In this document: positions 1-11,196 of the stretch, one piece after another
Layout: the number at the start of each line of letters is the position of its first letter
How positions within the stretch are numbered: position 1 is the stretch's first letter
NCBI RefSeq assembly: GCF_000142905.1
Contig: NW_013657644.1
Span: 1-64,000, forward strand
Source of the DNA: Thecamonas trahens ATCC 50062
Taxonomy: Eukaryota > Protista > Apusomonadida
DNA length: 64,000 bases
Direction of reading: 5' to 3'
Position numbers and translations under genes: made by a program
Notes under the pieces: model-generated
Seen by the model: only the letters and a program-made list of their open reading frames with translations
The model's database searches: none
What the model was told of the DNA's origin: nothing

Positions 1-1632
1 CCCCATACCCTCAACCATCACATGCCATACTGCCCATCCTCCAACCATCAGCAATCTCAAGCCACCCAGCCACGACCCAGCCCCCTGTGCCGCCCCCGCC
101 TCGCCGACCACCAGCCGCCAGCCGCCGCCCGCTCGCCCGATCAGGCCCACCTTCATCACCACCTAGCTCCTTCCCACTACCAGCTACGCAACCCGCGACC
201 ACACTCAAGGTCATCACTCACCCCACACTATCACCATTACCATTATCGCTGTCATCGATACCCATCGACTTCGGCTCATTTCCGCGTCGGCTTGTTTTGC
301 CTAGGCGGTTGAGCACGACCTCGACCGCCCGACCCCGCACACGCCCCCCACCAACCTGATCGCAAGATATTGCCGATTTGATTTCACTACTGCTATACTA
401 CACGTCCACACTACCCCCTTGCACAATCTCCAATCCATAGCTGCAGTATTCCGGAATCCGAGTTTCGCCGGCTCGGGCCCAACTTGTTGGCCCTGTGTCC
501 CTTCGAAGGTGCTAACCCCCCTCCCCGGGCCCATCTCCGACCCCCACTCCCCACCATCTCCACCCACAACCACCACACCCACACCACACGTACCCACTAC
601 CCCTGCAAACATATCCACCCACTCCCTGCCCGCCGATATTCACGTCAGCCGACGCCAACTTGTCAACAGCATCGCTGCCGACGGCCTGCTGCTCACCGCC
701 GACCGCCGCCCGCCGCCGACCGACCACCGCCGGCACCACCGAAAGCAGGCTAGTCATCGACAGGGCTTTGGAGGCAACGCATAGAGATAGCCACATCAAT
801 GGCAATGACTACCAGTCTGCTCTCCAACCCAATCCTCCCCTCCCTCTCCCGGACTTGCCCATCACAGCCCCCGCCGGCCTGCTCATCGCCAGCCATCCCT
901 GCTGCCGATCACCGAGCCAGACGACGAGGGCACCGGGCTGGCCAAGACAAGGAAGAACAAGAAAGGGCCAGTGCAATCGATAGGCAATGCAACGGTGGGC
1001 TTCAGTGCATTGGTCTGCCTTCTCTTCCAATCCCAAGCCATCGTCTCCATCGACGTCCATCTCAAACCAATCCATCCCGCCCTCCTCTCCTCGCCACCCA
1101 AGCCCCTCCACCCTCATCTCCCGCACCCCACAAACACCCATCATCCTCATCCTACCCACCCATATCAATCCTCAAGCTCAATCGCCATACCCACCACCCT
1201 GTCGCTCATTCCGCCACCCACGTCACGACCCCCCTCATCCCCCCTACCATACTCATTACGCCCCATCACCATCAACCACCACCCTCTCCCCCTACTCCAC
1301 GCCCATCAATCCCATCGCAGCTACAGCCACCACCCCCATACTATGGCGATACCCACCACCATCGCATCGCGCACACCGCTTCCTCTGCCTGCTCCACCTC
1401 CTCCTCTCCCCGCTCTAGCTCAACCCCATGCGCGTCGCGCCTGCCCACACGCACCCTCCTCGTCACCTCCATCCGCTACCTCTAGTCCGCCACAGCGGCC
1501 ACCACCAGCCTTTGTACATCACAGGAACCTCCGACACAGCCACTGGTCATCCCCTCTTCGCTCTCATTGCTGGAGTTGGGTGTCCAGGCAGCTTGAAGGT
1601 CGGCACAAACACCCCTCCCCAACTCGAGGGCC

Positions 1633-2881
1633 ATGCCCACCCTACCCACGCACCTGGCCCTCACCGGACAACCGCCACCGACCCGCCTCACCCGCGCCGT
1701 CGTCACCGACGCCGTACCAGACACTCCCCCTCCTCGTTCCCTTCCTGGCCCTCCCCTTCCGCCGCAACGCCGCCTGGGCCATACCCCGCCTCCGTCGGCT
1801 GCCTCACGCCTTGCCACCAAGGCCCGAACTTCGGTCACTCTAGCCGCTCTCTCCCGCGCGTCAGAGTGGGCGGCTGCTCCGGTCCCAGTCAAGAAGCCAC
1901 GCTCGCTGCCTACCTATCCGCCCGACTCGTTGCCGCCACGCCGCCGCATCCCGTCACCGCCACGCACACCCCCGCGCAAGCTGCTCGGCTCCCACCCCTC
2001 CACCGCAAGTTGTTGACGAGCTTGTTCACGCCCCTCTCACGGTTGATGTTCACGACGCCGATGCAACTGCTATCCTCCATCATACCTCTTCCTCTGTACA
2101 CGGACGCGATCTGCTGACCACTGCCAGCCGCGATCTGCGGGTTGCTGCTGCTGCTGCCGCCCGCGCCGACGAGCGCCAGCGTCGCATCGAGTTCAAGGAG
2201 TCCCAGGCCCGTGCCCGCGAGTCCCAGCGTGTTGCTGCGGCTACTGAAGCCGAGCGTCGCCGCGCTGAAGTCGCTGCTCAAAAGGCTGCTCACGCCCGTG
2301 CTCTTGAAGCTGCCCGCACCGCTGTCCTTGCCGAACGCGAGGCCAAGGCCGGCAGCCCACGCGAGCGCGCTGCCCGTGATGCGCTCCTACGTGCCATGAA
2401 GAACGACGAACAAGCCGCAGTCCGTGCCCACGTCCGTGCTCTCCGCCGCACCCGCTCCCACATGCATGATGCTGCACGCCGCCGCAAGGTCTGGTCTGCC
2501 GACGAGGCCCGTCGCCACGCCCGCATGTCGTCGAGCCTCAAGCGCCGCCTCGCCCAACACGACGCCCTTCTCCTTGACCTTGCACCGCTTGAGCCGCGCC
2601 CAGTCACCGCCTCTGCCGACGCCCGACGCCCAGGCTCGCATCTAGTTCGCATGCCTACCCCACCGTCTCCGGTCATCGACTCTTCAGTCCGCCGCGGCAC
2701 CGTCTCCGCTTTGGCTGGCATGGCCGGCATCGCGCCCTCGGTCGTCTCCCAGCTCGCCGAAGATCTCATCCGCGAGCGTGGCGGTGGCGCTCTTCCCCGC
2801 GCCACAATGTCCCCGCACCCAGACTCGCCCGCTGCTCACATCACCGTCCGTGTCCCGTCAATCCCCACCGCCTCGCCGTAG
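1633..2881 (+). CDS. Hypothetical Pro-rich/coiled-coil protein, apparently frameshifted near 1995
   Basis: ORF 1633-2016 is followed by an open frame from ~2003 (PQVVDELVHAPL...ERQRRIEFKESQARARE...) that runs into ORF 2396-2881. No recognisable domain. Confidence 0.4.
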
Positions 2882-3028
2882 CGCTCGCTCCAAATCCGCC
2901 TGCCTGCCTGCTCCCCATCTTGGCGCCAACTTTGCCCACCCGACTCCACCCGCCTACCTAGCCACCCACCCCGAACCCACATACCCACCCACCCACCCAC
3001 TCACCCACACATTCCACACGCATTGGCC

Positions 3029-3742
3029 ATGTCCGCGCCGCCTTCACCCACTCCTGCCCCCGCCCCCACGCCACACCCCTTGCCGCCGCCGTCGTCGGCG
3101 CTTGTCCACTTTGAGGCCGTCCGCCACCACACCGGCCCGCTCCCCTACCACCCGCACGCATCTAGCCTCGGCCCGGAGCCGCCTGCGTTGCATTCCCTCC
3201 CGGCCCCAGCTGCGGCGGCTCTGTCGGCCGCCCGCACCTCATCCGCAGCCGCCCGCCGCTCCGCGCAGCCCATCAAGCTTGCCCGCGTCCCGCACCCTGC
3301 ATCCCGCCGCGCCAACCTTGTCCTCAACCCCATCGGCAGCATTCCGGACCACCCTGCTGCCGAGTCCCTAGCCCGCCCGGCTCCGGCCACAGCCACTGCT
3401 CGGCTGGAGGCAAAGCTCAAGGCGGCGCGCGCTGCTCCCGAGCGCAAGCCGCTCTCGGACGCGGACGCCATCGCCATCAACGCACAGGCCGCCAATGTTC
3501 TCAATGCTCCTCGCGACCAAGAGCTCTACCCTGATCTCATCCGTCGCGTTGATCCCGTTGCCAAGCTCAAGCGGACACGCATGCACCTCGACGAAAACTG
3601 GCTCCGCACCCGCTCATCCAAGCCGAGCCTTGATCGCATCCCGAGCGCCGTTGGCTCCTTCCGCCACGACTCTGTTGACGTTTCGTCACCGCCACCGCCC
3701 ATCCGCTCGGTTCTTGACGCCACCATTCCCTTTGTAGTCTAA
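3029..3742 (+). CDS. Hypothetical protein
   Basis: ATG at 3029, coding-like codon usage, 237 aa, flanked by C-rich intergenic DNA. Confidence 0.6.
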   Translation: MSAPPSPTPAPAPTPHPLPPPSSALVHFEAVRHHTGPLPYHPHASSLGPEPPALHSLPAPAAAALSAARTSSAAARRSAQPIKLARVPHPASRRANLVLNPIGSIPDHPAAESLARPAPATATARLEAKLKAARAAPERKPLSDADAIAINAQAANVLNAPRDQELYPDLIRRVDPVAKLKRTRMHLDENWLRTRSSKPSLDRIPSAVGSFRHDSVDVSSPPPPIRSVLDATIPFVV

Positions 3743-4168
3743 TCATCGCCCTCCCCACCTCGTTTCTGCCCACTTCCAGCGCCCTATCGCCCCATCTCTC
3801 CTGTATCGAGAAAAATGCGCCAACCACCGCGCCAACCCGTGCCACCGCCTTCCTCCAACCGCCACCCTCACCACCTCCTTCTCCCCCCTCACCACACCAA
3901 ACCGCCCCCCCCCCCCAGCCACCACACTTCACCCGCTCATCACTCCCTTCGTTCCCCTTCTTCCACCCCTGCAGGCCCTGGTACGCCCCCGCCCATGTCT
4001 ATTCCGCAACCGCTCCTCGTCCGAAACCGCGCATGTGTTCATGACTGTATTCACCACTGCTACCCCACCGCCCTCCCCTTCCTCCCCCTCCCCCCCCCCC
4101 ACCACACACCGCGAAGCCGCGCTCACTCTCTCTCACTCACTCCCACACACCTCCACAGACCTCGCAGA

Positions 4169-5133
4169 ATGAAGTTTCTCGTCTCTCGGTCGCTGGAGGA
4201 ACTCAATCTTGTCTTCTCCGGCTTGTCGTCGCAAGGCATTCTCGGCCGCATCGAAAACTACTCATGCAAGCCGTCCGGACGGGACAAGCGGATGGAGAAG
4301 AACCTCGACGCCCGTATCCGCTCGGAGATTGCGTCGTCACCAGAGATGACCTCGCTAACTGCTTCGGCTGCCAGCGGGAGCAGTTCTAGCGTCGGCCAGC
4401 TGCTGCCACCCATTGCATCCGCCTCCACCGCGTCTGGAGCCGCCGTGCCGAGCCAGGCTGATCTGGAGCGGCTGGCGGCCGAGGCGGCCGCCGGCACCTC
4501 GGTCGCCTCGAGCTCAAGCCAGCTCTCGGTTGGCTCACCGTCCACCCTCTCGCGCTCGCCCACAACACCCTACACAGAGGCATTTCGCTACGACATCTCA
4601 GACTCGCCCTTTGGCTCGCTCATCGAGCCCGCCAACCGCATGACCATGATTCACCTCATCGAGGTTCTCAACATGTCGTTTACTGACTACGACTTTTCCG
4701 GCCTCCGCGCAAACTCATTCGAGCGCCTGCGCCTCGCCGAGGCACTCTCTCGCCTCGACGCCACCCTCGCCCCGCTCTTTCCCTCCTACCACATGACCCT
4801 CAAGCCGCGCCTCTGGAAGACCATGGAGCAGGAGATCGAGCCGTCGGCCTGCGATGTCTACGCCTACCTTCCCGACGAGGCCTACTCCTCGCTCTTTGTT
4901 GATGCCCTCTGGTCGGCGAATCTTTTTTCTACAACCCCAAGCTCCGCCGCATCATGTTCATCTTCATCATGGCCTCGCCCACCGTCTTCCCCAACTCGGA
5001 CGACATCATCTCCATGTTCAATCTCAACGGCGTCGTCTCTATGGGCGGCGACGGCATGTCCGACATGATGGTCCACGGCGAGCTCGAGCCGGATGACGAC
5101 ATCCGCGGCATGGACATCGAGGACATGATGTGA
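4169..5133 (+). CDS. MAF1: Maf1, repressor of RNA polymerase III (1-nt frameshift at T6, 4923-4928)
   Basis: Motifs MKFL, GRIENYSCK, LIEVLNMSFTDYDFS and CDVYAY are present. After the shift the frame reads LWSAN-LFFYNPKLRRIMFIF followed by an acidic tail, stop TGA 5131-5133. Confidence 0.92.
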
Positions 5134-5286
5134 CTGCACCCTCAGCTTCTCGGTCCTGCTCCCTCGTAAACTGTAACTCTCTCGCCTGCTGCCAAAACTC
5201 ACGCACTCTGCCGACGCCCAATCACCGTTCAAAATCCTCACCACCTCTCCCCACCTCCCCTTCTCCACGAACACAACTCCAGGGGC

Positions 5287-7494
5287 ATGGCCACGGCCAC
5301 CCTGTACCCCCCGTTCAAGTCGCTCTCTGCTGCTCTCCGCCACGTCGCAAGCACACCCTCTGCCCTTGCCGACTGGCATGCCCACGCCTCGGCCGCCCCG
5401 CCCTCCTCGCTGCCCTCGCCGCTGTGGGATGAAGGCAAACTAGTTTTTGTGTCTGCTCTCGCCACTGCCACTGCCGCCGCTGACCCTGCCGCTGCGCTTG
5501 CTGTCCTCAAGCTTTTGCTGCAGCTCGACGCCGATCCCCTCGACCCGAACATGGACTTACCGGGCTTTATTGCTTCGCTTGATCCCTCGCACTCGCCCTC
5601 CACTCCTCCAGAGCTCGCTCAGTGGCCGCCTTCGCTCCTTGCCCTCGTCGCAAGTCGCGTCAGCCCGGCTCTCGTGCCGCTTGTCAGGGCTCTGCTAGAC
5701 GCCGGCGCCAGCCCGGACGGCGCTATCACCGTCTACCCCGACGACGACGGCCCGCCTGCACCGTCACTTCCCAACGCGCCAACACCCCTCATGTTTGCGC
5801 TGAGCGCAGCTCCAAGCCCCGGCTGGGACCAGGTACGTCCCTCCCCCTCCCCCTCCCCCTTCCCTCCCCTCCCCCTTCCCTCCCCTCCCCCATCCCTTCA
5901 CCAGAGAGAATGACGACACCTTTGTCAATCCATTCTATGAGCAGAGTGCCTCTCCGCGGCACCCGCTGCCAATGCGACGGCGTGTTCACGTGCAATGTCG
6001 CAATCTTCGGATCGCGCGCACGGGCCGGCGGCCCACCTGCGTTTTGCAGGTTGGGTCGCCGTGCTCTCGCGTCGCCGCGGCTTCGGGCGCGCCCAGTACC
6101 GCGCCGGGCCCTGGGCAACCTCCACGGCGGACGTACATTAGATTGACAACGCGTCTGAGGCCTGCTGACAAAATGGCCGCAGCCGTCCGGCCGGTTCAAG
6201 TCTCTTTGGCTGCCATGGCCCTTGTGTGTTGGGCTCTCGGGCACGTAGGTGCATAGCGCCGTCTACAAGTTGGGTTGGGCTGGTGCCAGCCGTCGCTCTG
6301 CGGCGGCTCGGATGGTCCTCCTTCTCTTGTACACGGCACTGTCGCCCTGCTGCCCGCCGCCTGGCCGGTGATGGCTGCCACAGATCTTGACCCGGCCCCC
6401 AGTGCGACTGTGGCTGTCGGCAGTGCCGAGCTGCGTCTCTTCATAGCGTCCGTCCGAGGCGCGCCCTTGGTCATTTCTGCAGACGATCATAATCGACCCT
6501 CTGACTCTCTGTCTTCTATTGCCTCGTGCGCCTCCCCTTTCTCTCTCTCTCTCTCTCTTCTACTCACCCGTGATGGCTGTTTTAGACTGCCCGTCTCCTC
6601 CTTGCACGTGGCGCTTCGCCGTCTCGGTCGTTTCGGTCCATTACTGCGCTGCACATGCTCATCGAGCGCTGGGCGCCGTCTGTACTGCCTGCGACCGACG
6701 ACGCTGATGCCGACGACCTTTTGGACAACGATAGCGCTCATGCATACCCGGCTCCGTCGTCCATTCCTCCCTTTGCTGACCTCGCCGCCGAGCTCCTCGC
6801 CGCCGACCGCAATCGTACCTTTACTGCAGACTCTCGCGGTCACCTTGCCTACCATCGCGCGCTGACCTGCCTCCCAGCACATGACATCGAATCGCTCTTT
6901 GCTCCCCTCGTCGGTGAGTGGACCATGGTACGTGGCAAGGTTAGCGACCCGCAGCCGTTTGTCCTCACTTCCCCCACTCTCGATGGCCAGTCGCCGGTTG
7001 TCCTCCTTGCCGGCCGGCCGCCTGAGCTCTGCGGAGACCAGCTTCAGATCCTGCTCGATCCTTCCGGTCCTTTTAACCTCGCCTCGTGCGCAACACCGGA
7101 AGCTCTTGTTGCTGCTGTCTCGACCTCGCGTCTTGACCTTGTCGAGCTTCTCCTAGCTCACGCACCTACGTGCGCATGTCGTGCTAGCCCTGACGCCGCA
7201 CCGTACATTCTTGCTCGCGCCGTCGCCGCTCGCTCGCTCCTCGCGCACGCCGACGATGATGCAGCCGGCATCGTCGCTGCTCTCGAGACCCACTGCTCGT
7301 CATCTGCGTGCCCCTTGCGCGGCCAGCTCTCGGCCGCCTATGCATGCGGCGGCTGCGGCGCCGTCTTTTACTGCTCGGAGCACTGTCAACGCTCCGACTT
7401 TGACGACGGCCATGCCGTTGCATGCAGCAAGCTAGCTGCCGCCATGGCCGCCTCCCGCGCCGAGGCCACGCCTGCATCCTGCACCCTCCAGTGA
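5287..7494 (+). CDS. Ankyrin-repeat protein with C-terminal MYND zinc finger; exons 5287-5832 and 6586-7494
   Basis: Phase-0 intron 5833-6585 (GTACGT...TACTCAC...TTTTAG). Splicing rebuilds an ankyrin repeat, PTPLMFAL...WDQ|TARLLLARGAS. The C-terminus has C..C...CGGCGAVFYCSEHCQRSDF...H...C (MYND). Confidence 0.85.
5902..6511 (+). ncRNA. Candidate ~610-nt intron-encoded box C/D RNA with two large structured domains
   Basis: Terminal stem CAGAGAG (5902-5908)/CTCTCTG (6505-6511). Box C ATGACGA 5910-5916 and box D CTGA 6501-6504 lie in K-turn geometry. Candidate D' CTGA 6155-6158 and C' TGCTGA 6163-6168. Many nested helices and a C(UUCG)G tetraloop. Confidence 0.7.
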
Positions 7495-7523
7495 ACACAC
7501 ACACCTCCTTTGCTGCCACCTGC

Positions 7524-8582
7524 TCACCGCTTGAAAAATGACAACACAGCCGACGCCGAGTTGACCGAGCTGTAGCCCATGTCCCCGCTGCGGAATGCCG
7601 CCACCCGCTTGGCCGCCATCTTCTTACCGAGCGTAAAGAGCAGCGTCGGCGCGTACTGCGCCACGTAGGTAAAGAGCAGCACAGGGTGCTGGGAAATCCA
7701 GGACTCGTGAATGCGCGCGCCAAGGGCTGCCGCATACAGCTCAGCACATCGTCGGGTCGACATCTTGTGTGCTTTCATCGGCTCGGCTGCGGCCTCACCC
7801 ACCCGCCCACCGACCTCGGCCGTGAACGCGTTGGCTGCGCCCTCGGACACAACCGGGCCTGGACACACAATACAAGTGTCGATGCCGCGCTCGCCTACCT
7901 CGGCTCCCAACGAGCCCATCCACCCGTTGAGGGCGTGCTTGGTCATGGCATACGAGCCGGACACCGGCGTCGGAAGCTTGCCGGCCACCGATGAAGTCAC
8001 CGCCACCAGTCCGTCACCAGCCTCCAGCATCGACGGAAGCACGGCTTTGGTCACCGAAATGGTCCCCAGCACATTGACCTTGAACATGGCCTCGTCAATC
8101 TCGACGGGTGTCTCCTCCACCAGCGCCCGCTGCGACCGTCCGGCGTTGTTGACCAGGATTTCAATACGACCACCGAGCGCGGCGGCCGCCGTCGCCGCCG
8201 CCGTCTCGTGCGAGCTAGTCTCCAGCAAGTCGAGCGGGACAGCGACCATTCGTCCCGGAAGATGCACCGCCTCGGCAGCAAGCTCCTGTAGCTTCTTCTC
8301 TGATCGCGCCGAAATCGCTACATCAGCTCCATGCTCTGCGAGCACAATCGCCAGCTCGCGACCGATGCCCGACGAGGCACCCGTCAGCCACACCCGCTTG
8401 CCAGCCACCGCCGCGCGCAGCCCAGCGCCCGAGTCGGCCGCCACCAGCCGGCCCCATGCCGAGAGCGTCGCCAAGTCACAGTCAGCTCGCACAAGCCGCA
8501 CAGCTTGCCACACTAGCCAGGCCGTGACTGCCACAGCAAGTATCCCAGGCGCCCAGCACCAAGCGGAGCAGCTGGGCCACAT
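7524..8582 (-). CDS. Short-chain dehydrogenase/reductase, DHRS7-like, with N-terminal anchor
   Basis: TGASSGIG, NNAGRSQR, the YxxxK motif (YAMTK) and CPGPV. Likely ATG at 8582. Confidence 0.9.
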   Translation of the reverse strand: MWPSCSAWCWAPGILAVAVTAWLVWQAVRLVRADCDLATLSAWGRLVAADSGAGLRAAVAGKRVWLTGASSGIGRELAIVLAEHGADVAISARSEKKLQELAAEAVHLPGRMVAVPLDLLETSSHETAAATAAAALGGRIEILVNNAGRSQRALVEETPVEIDEAMFKVNVLGTISVTKAVLPSMLEAGDGLVAVTSSVAGKLPTPVSGSYAMTKHALNGWMGSLGAEVGERGIDTCIVCPGPVVSEGAANAFTAEVGGRVGEAAAEPMKAHKMSTRRCAELYAAALGARIHESWISQHPVLLFTYVAQYAPTLLFTLGKKMAAKRVAAFRSGDMGYSSVNSASAVLSFFKR

Positions 8583-8625
8583 GTCGTCGGCGAGTCGAGT
8601 CGTGCCGCCCGACCGTGCAACGTGT

Positions 8626-11087
8626 TTACAGCTCGCCGCTACCATCATACGTTTCGCCCGTGCCCAGCTCGCCATGGTCGCTCGGGTCAGCAGCATCGCC
8701 ACTTACCTCGGTGCGCTCGTCAGAGCTCTGGATAAGCATGTCGTCGGCAATGACAGCGTCAGGCAGCCCGTCGTCCGCATCGGCGCTGTCGCTGGCATGT
8801 GAGCCCGCTTCGGAATCGGAGATGAGCCGCTCGTGCCCGGTTCGCGAAACAGGAGCCCCAACGAGCGACAAGAGGCCCAACACCTTTGCACGACGGTAGA
8901 CCCAAGCGCCGCCGATGGCGAGAGTGATGACAGCGATGCCGAGAACAATGAAGAGTGGCGCCCGCGATGCGCCCGGGCTGCCAGAAATTTCGTTTCCACA
9001 CCACTTGCGAGACGGCGCAAACGGGTCGTCGGCGCCATCGATGCACGAGTCCCCGGCCACCCGACGGTACCCGCGGGTGATGCGGTAGTAGCCGTCAGCC
9101 GGACACTCACCCCGTTCTGTGTCGTCCGGAGCGTCTTTGCCAGACTTGAGCACGCACGCCGCGTCGGGATCGTCCTGGCTCTCGCGGACATACCCGACGT
9201 CGCACTCCCAGTCGGCTGCTGTACACATGCAGTGGTCTGCATCGGGACCGTCGTGACTCTCCAGCGGGACGCACAACGCGTCGGGCTTGCGCCGCCGATA
9301 CGTGTTCTCACGCCCAAGCACGCATCCATAGCCAGGGCTCCAGCTCTCGTACTGCGAGGGGATACAGACCGGCGGGAGTGACGGCGGCACTACGTCGACG
9401 CGGACGAGGCCGACCCCACCAAACGACTCGGTCTCGAGCATCCAGCTGTAGCGTGTTGAGCTCGCAGACTTGTCGTCGATGACCGAAACGTCGGTGACAC
9501 CTACAACACGAACGTTCGAGCCGTCGTCACTGAGCGCGACGGCAGAGAACGCAGCGCCGGTAACATGGCGCACGCCGACAAATTGGGTCTGCTCACGCGG
9601 GACACGTAGGACGGCACCGCCGTCGCGGGCCATCCAGAATCCGACGTCTTCGTTGCCGCTGAGCAGCTCCCAGCTAGCTCCAGCGTCGGATGAGAACGCT
9701 GCTGCGCCTTCGGCGCCATCCAGAGCACCGGCGGCATACACGATACCGGGCGCGGACAAGGCGTAAGCCAGGCAGCCGCGAGCACCCAGATCAATCGCAA
9801 ACGGACACCCCCCGCGCCAACAAGAGCACACGGCAGCGGTGCGTCGTGCGCATCGCGCTGGGGACCCGTCAGCGGCTGCCAGCTCCCGCCGGCATCGGTC
9901 GAAACAAGGGTGGTGATCACCAGCGGTGCGTTGGCTCCAGCAAACGGATTGTCGACAACGTTGGCGGCAAGCACGCCCTCTACTGATGCGAGCGGGCCAA
10001 ACGCTGGCCCAATGTCGTTCTCGTGGACGTGCTCAAGCATGAGCGCAAACGAAACGCCATCGGCGCTTGAGGTGTACAGGTGGCCCCACGATGCGTGCTC
10101 CGCGATGTGAAGGACAACAGCGTCAGTACCGTCGTCGAGGAACTGATGCGCACGCTCCTCGAGCGTGAGTGAGTTGGGAAGCTTGACTCGGTTGAACTCC
10201 TTGCCGTCGGACGAGACAGTGAGATGGACGGCAGCACCATCGTCCTCGAGCGTCTCGACATAAACAAATGAGGGTGCCACTAGCTCAAAAGCGGCACCGC
10301 CACGGACTTCGCCAATGATCGGAACAGCGAGAATGCTGGTCGGAGCCTCGTCAATCCGGGCTGCGCGTCCGGCGTTGAGCACACCGAAGAACATGTCGAG
10401 CGAGTAGTCAACGTCGAGCTGCGAGTCTTCCGAGGCGCGAGCAGACCACTTGACGACAAGTACAGCATCATCGCTGACCGCTGATACCTTGAGCTGAGCA
10501 GCCCAGCCGTGCTGGACAACATAGTCTGCGATGAGCGACCACGACGCGCCGTAGTCCTTGGTCATGCCGAGGACGCGGAAGCAGCGGAAGCGCGGCTTGT
10601 CGAGGCAGCCGTCCGAGGCAAACCGCGCCAGCCACCAGCCGTTCTGGTGCGGATGGAAGGAAACCAGGTCCGATGCCCGTGCCACCGGGACTCGCGCCAC
10701 GTCCACCGCCAGCGGCGTTGACATCGGTTGCCAGCTGGCGCCGCCGTCCTTGGACACAAAGTGGACCTTGCCCATTCCGCCCCCGACCGCCACCACCACA
10801 TCACCGTGGGAATAGACCTCCGCCACCAGCGAGTCCTCTGCTCCAGACGGAAGCTTAACCTCAACCGGCGCCTCGCCCATGCCTCCGGACCGCATCACCC
10901 GGCCATCAGCAAGCACAGCGAGGAACCAGCCTCCCGGGCCGGAAGCGGTGTCGACGACCTGTGACGGGACGTGGGCAATGGTTGCCTCGGCCGCTGACAC
11001 CGCCAGCGGTACGTGGAGGGAGGTAAGCGCAACGAGTGTGACGAGGAGCCAAACACGGGGCACGTGGGGGTGGCTGAGCGTGTGCAT
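8626..11087 (-). CDS. VPS10/sortilin-family sorting receptor (1-nt frameshift at G6, 9808-9813)
   Basis: Signal peptide and Asp-box repeats (SKDGGASW, TKDYGASW, STDAGGSW, SSDAGASW). 10CC Cys-rich region (CVLGRENTYRRRK...CTAADWECDVGY...GYRRVAGDSC), then a TM segment and an acidic tail. Confidence 0.88.
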
Positions 11088-11196
11088 GGCCTCGAGAGAG
11101 CTATACGTTGGTATCGCTCGTCGGTCCGGACCGAAAAGGCAACAAGACGCCACGTGACTGGTCGGCGGCGGCTGGTATCGTGTACATGCTGATGAT

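Noticed and set aside
1-1632. Several 100-290 aa Pro/His/Ser-rich ORFs
   Set aside because: The DNA is C-rich and low-complexity, with no domain and no consistent codon bias, so no gene can be supported.
5902-6511. Assigning the intronic RNA as telomerase RNA, RNase P/MRP, SRP, U3, a TPP riboswitch or an HDV-like ribozyme
   Set aside because: There is no CUAACCCU-type template, P4 consensus, SRP helix-8 motif, U3 box A/B or TPP core. The matches GTTGGGCTCT (like telomerase P6.1) and CTGGGCAAC (like HDV) lack their required pairing partners.
5622-6865. ORFs overlapping the ankyrin-gene intron (e.g. 5622-6146, 6275-6865)
   Set aside because: The direct 5832-to-6586 splice rebuilds a clean ankyrin repeat, and the intronic ORFs have no domain features.
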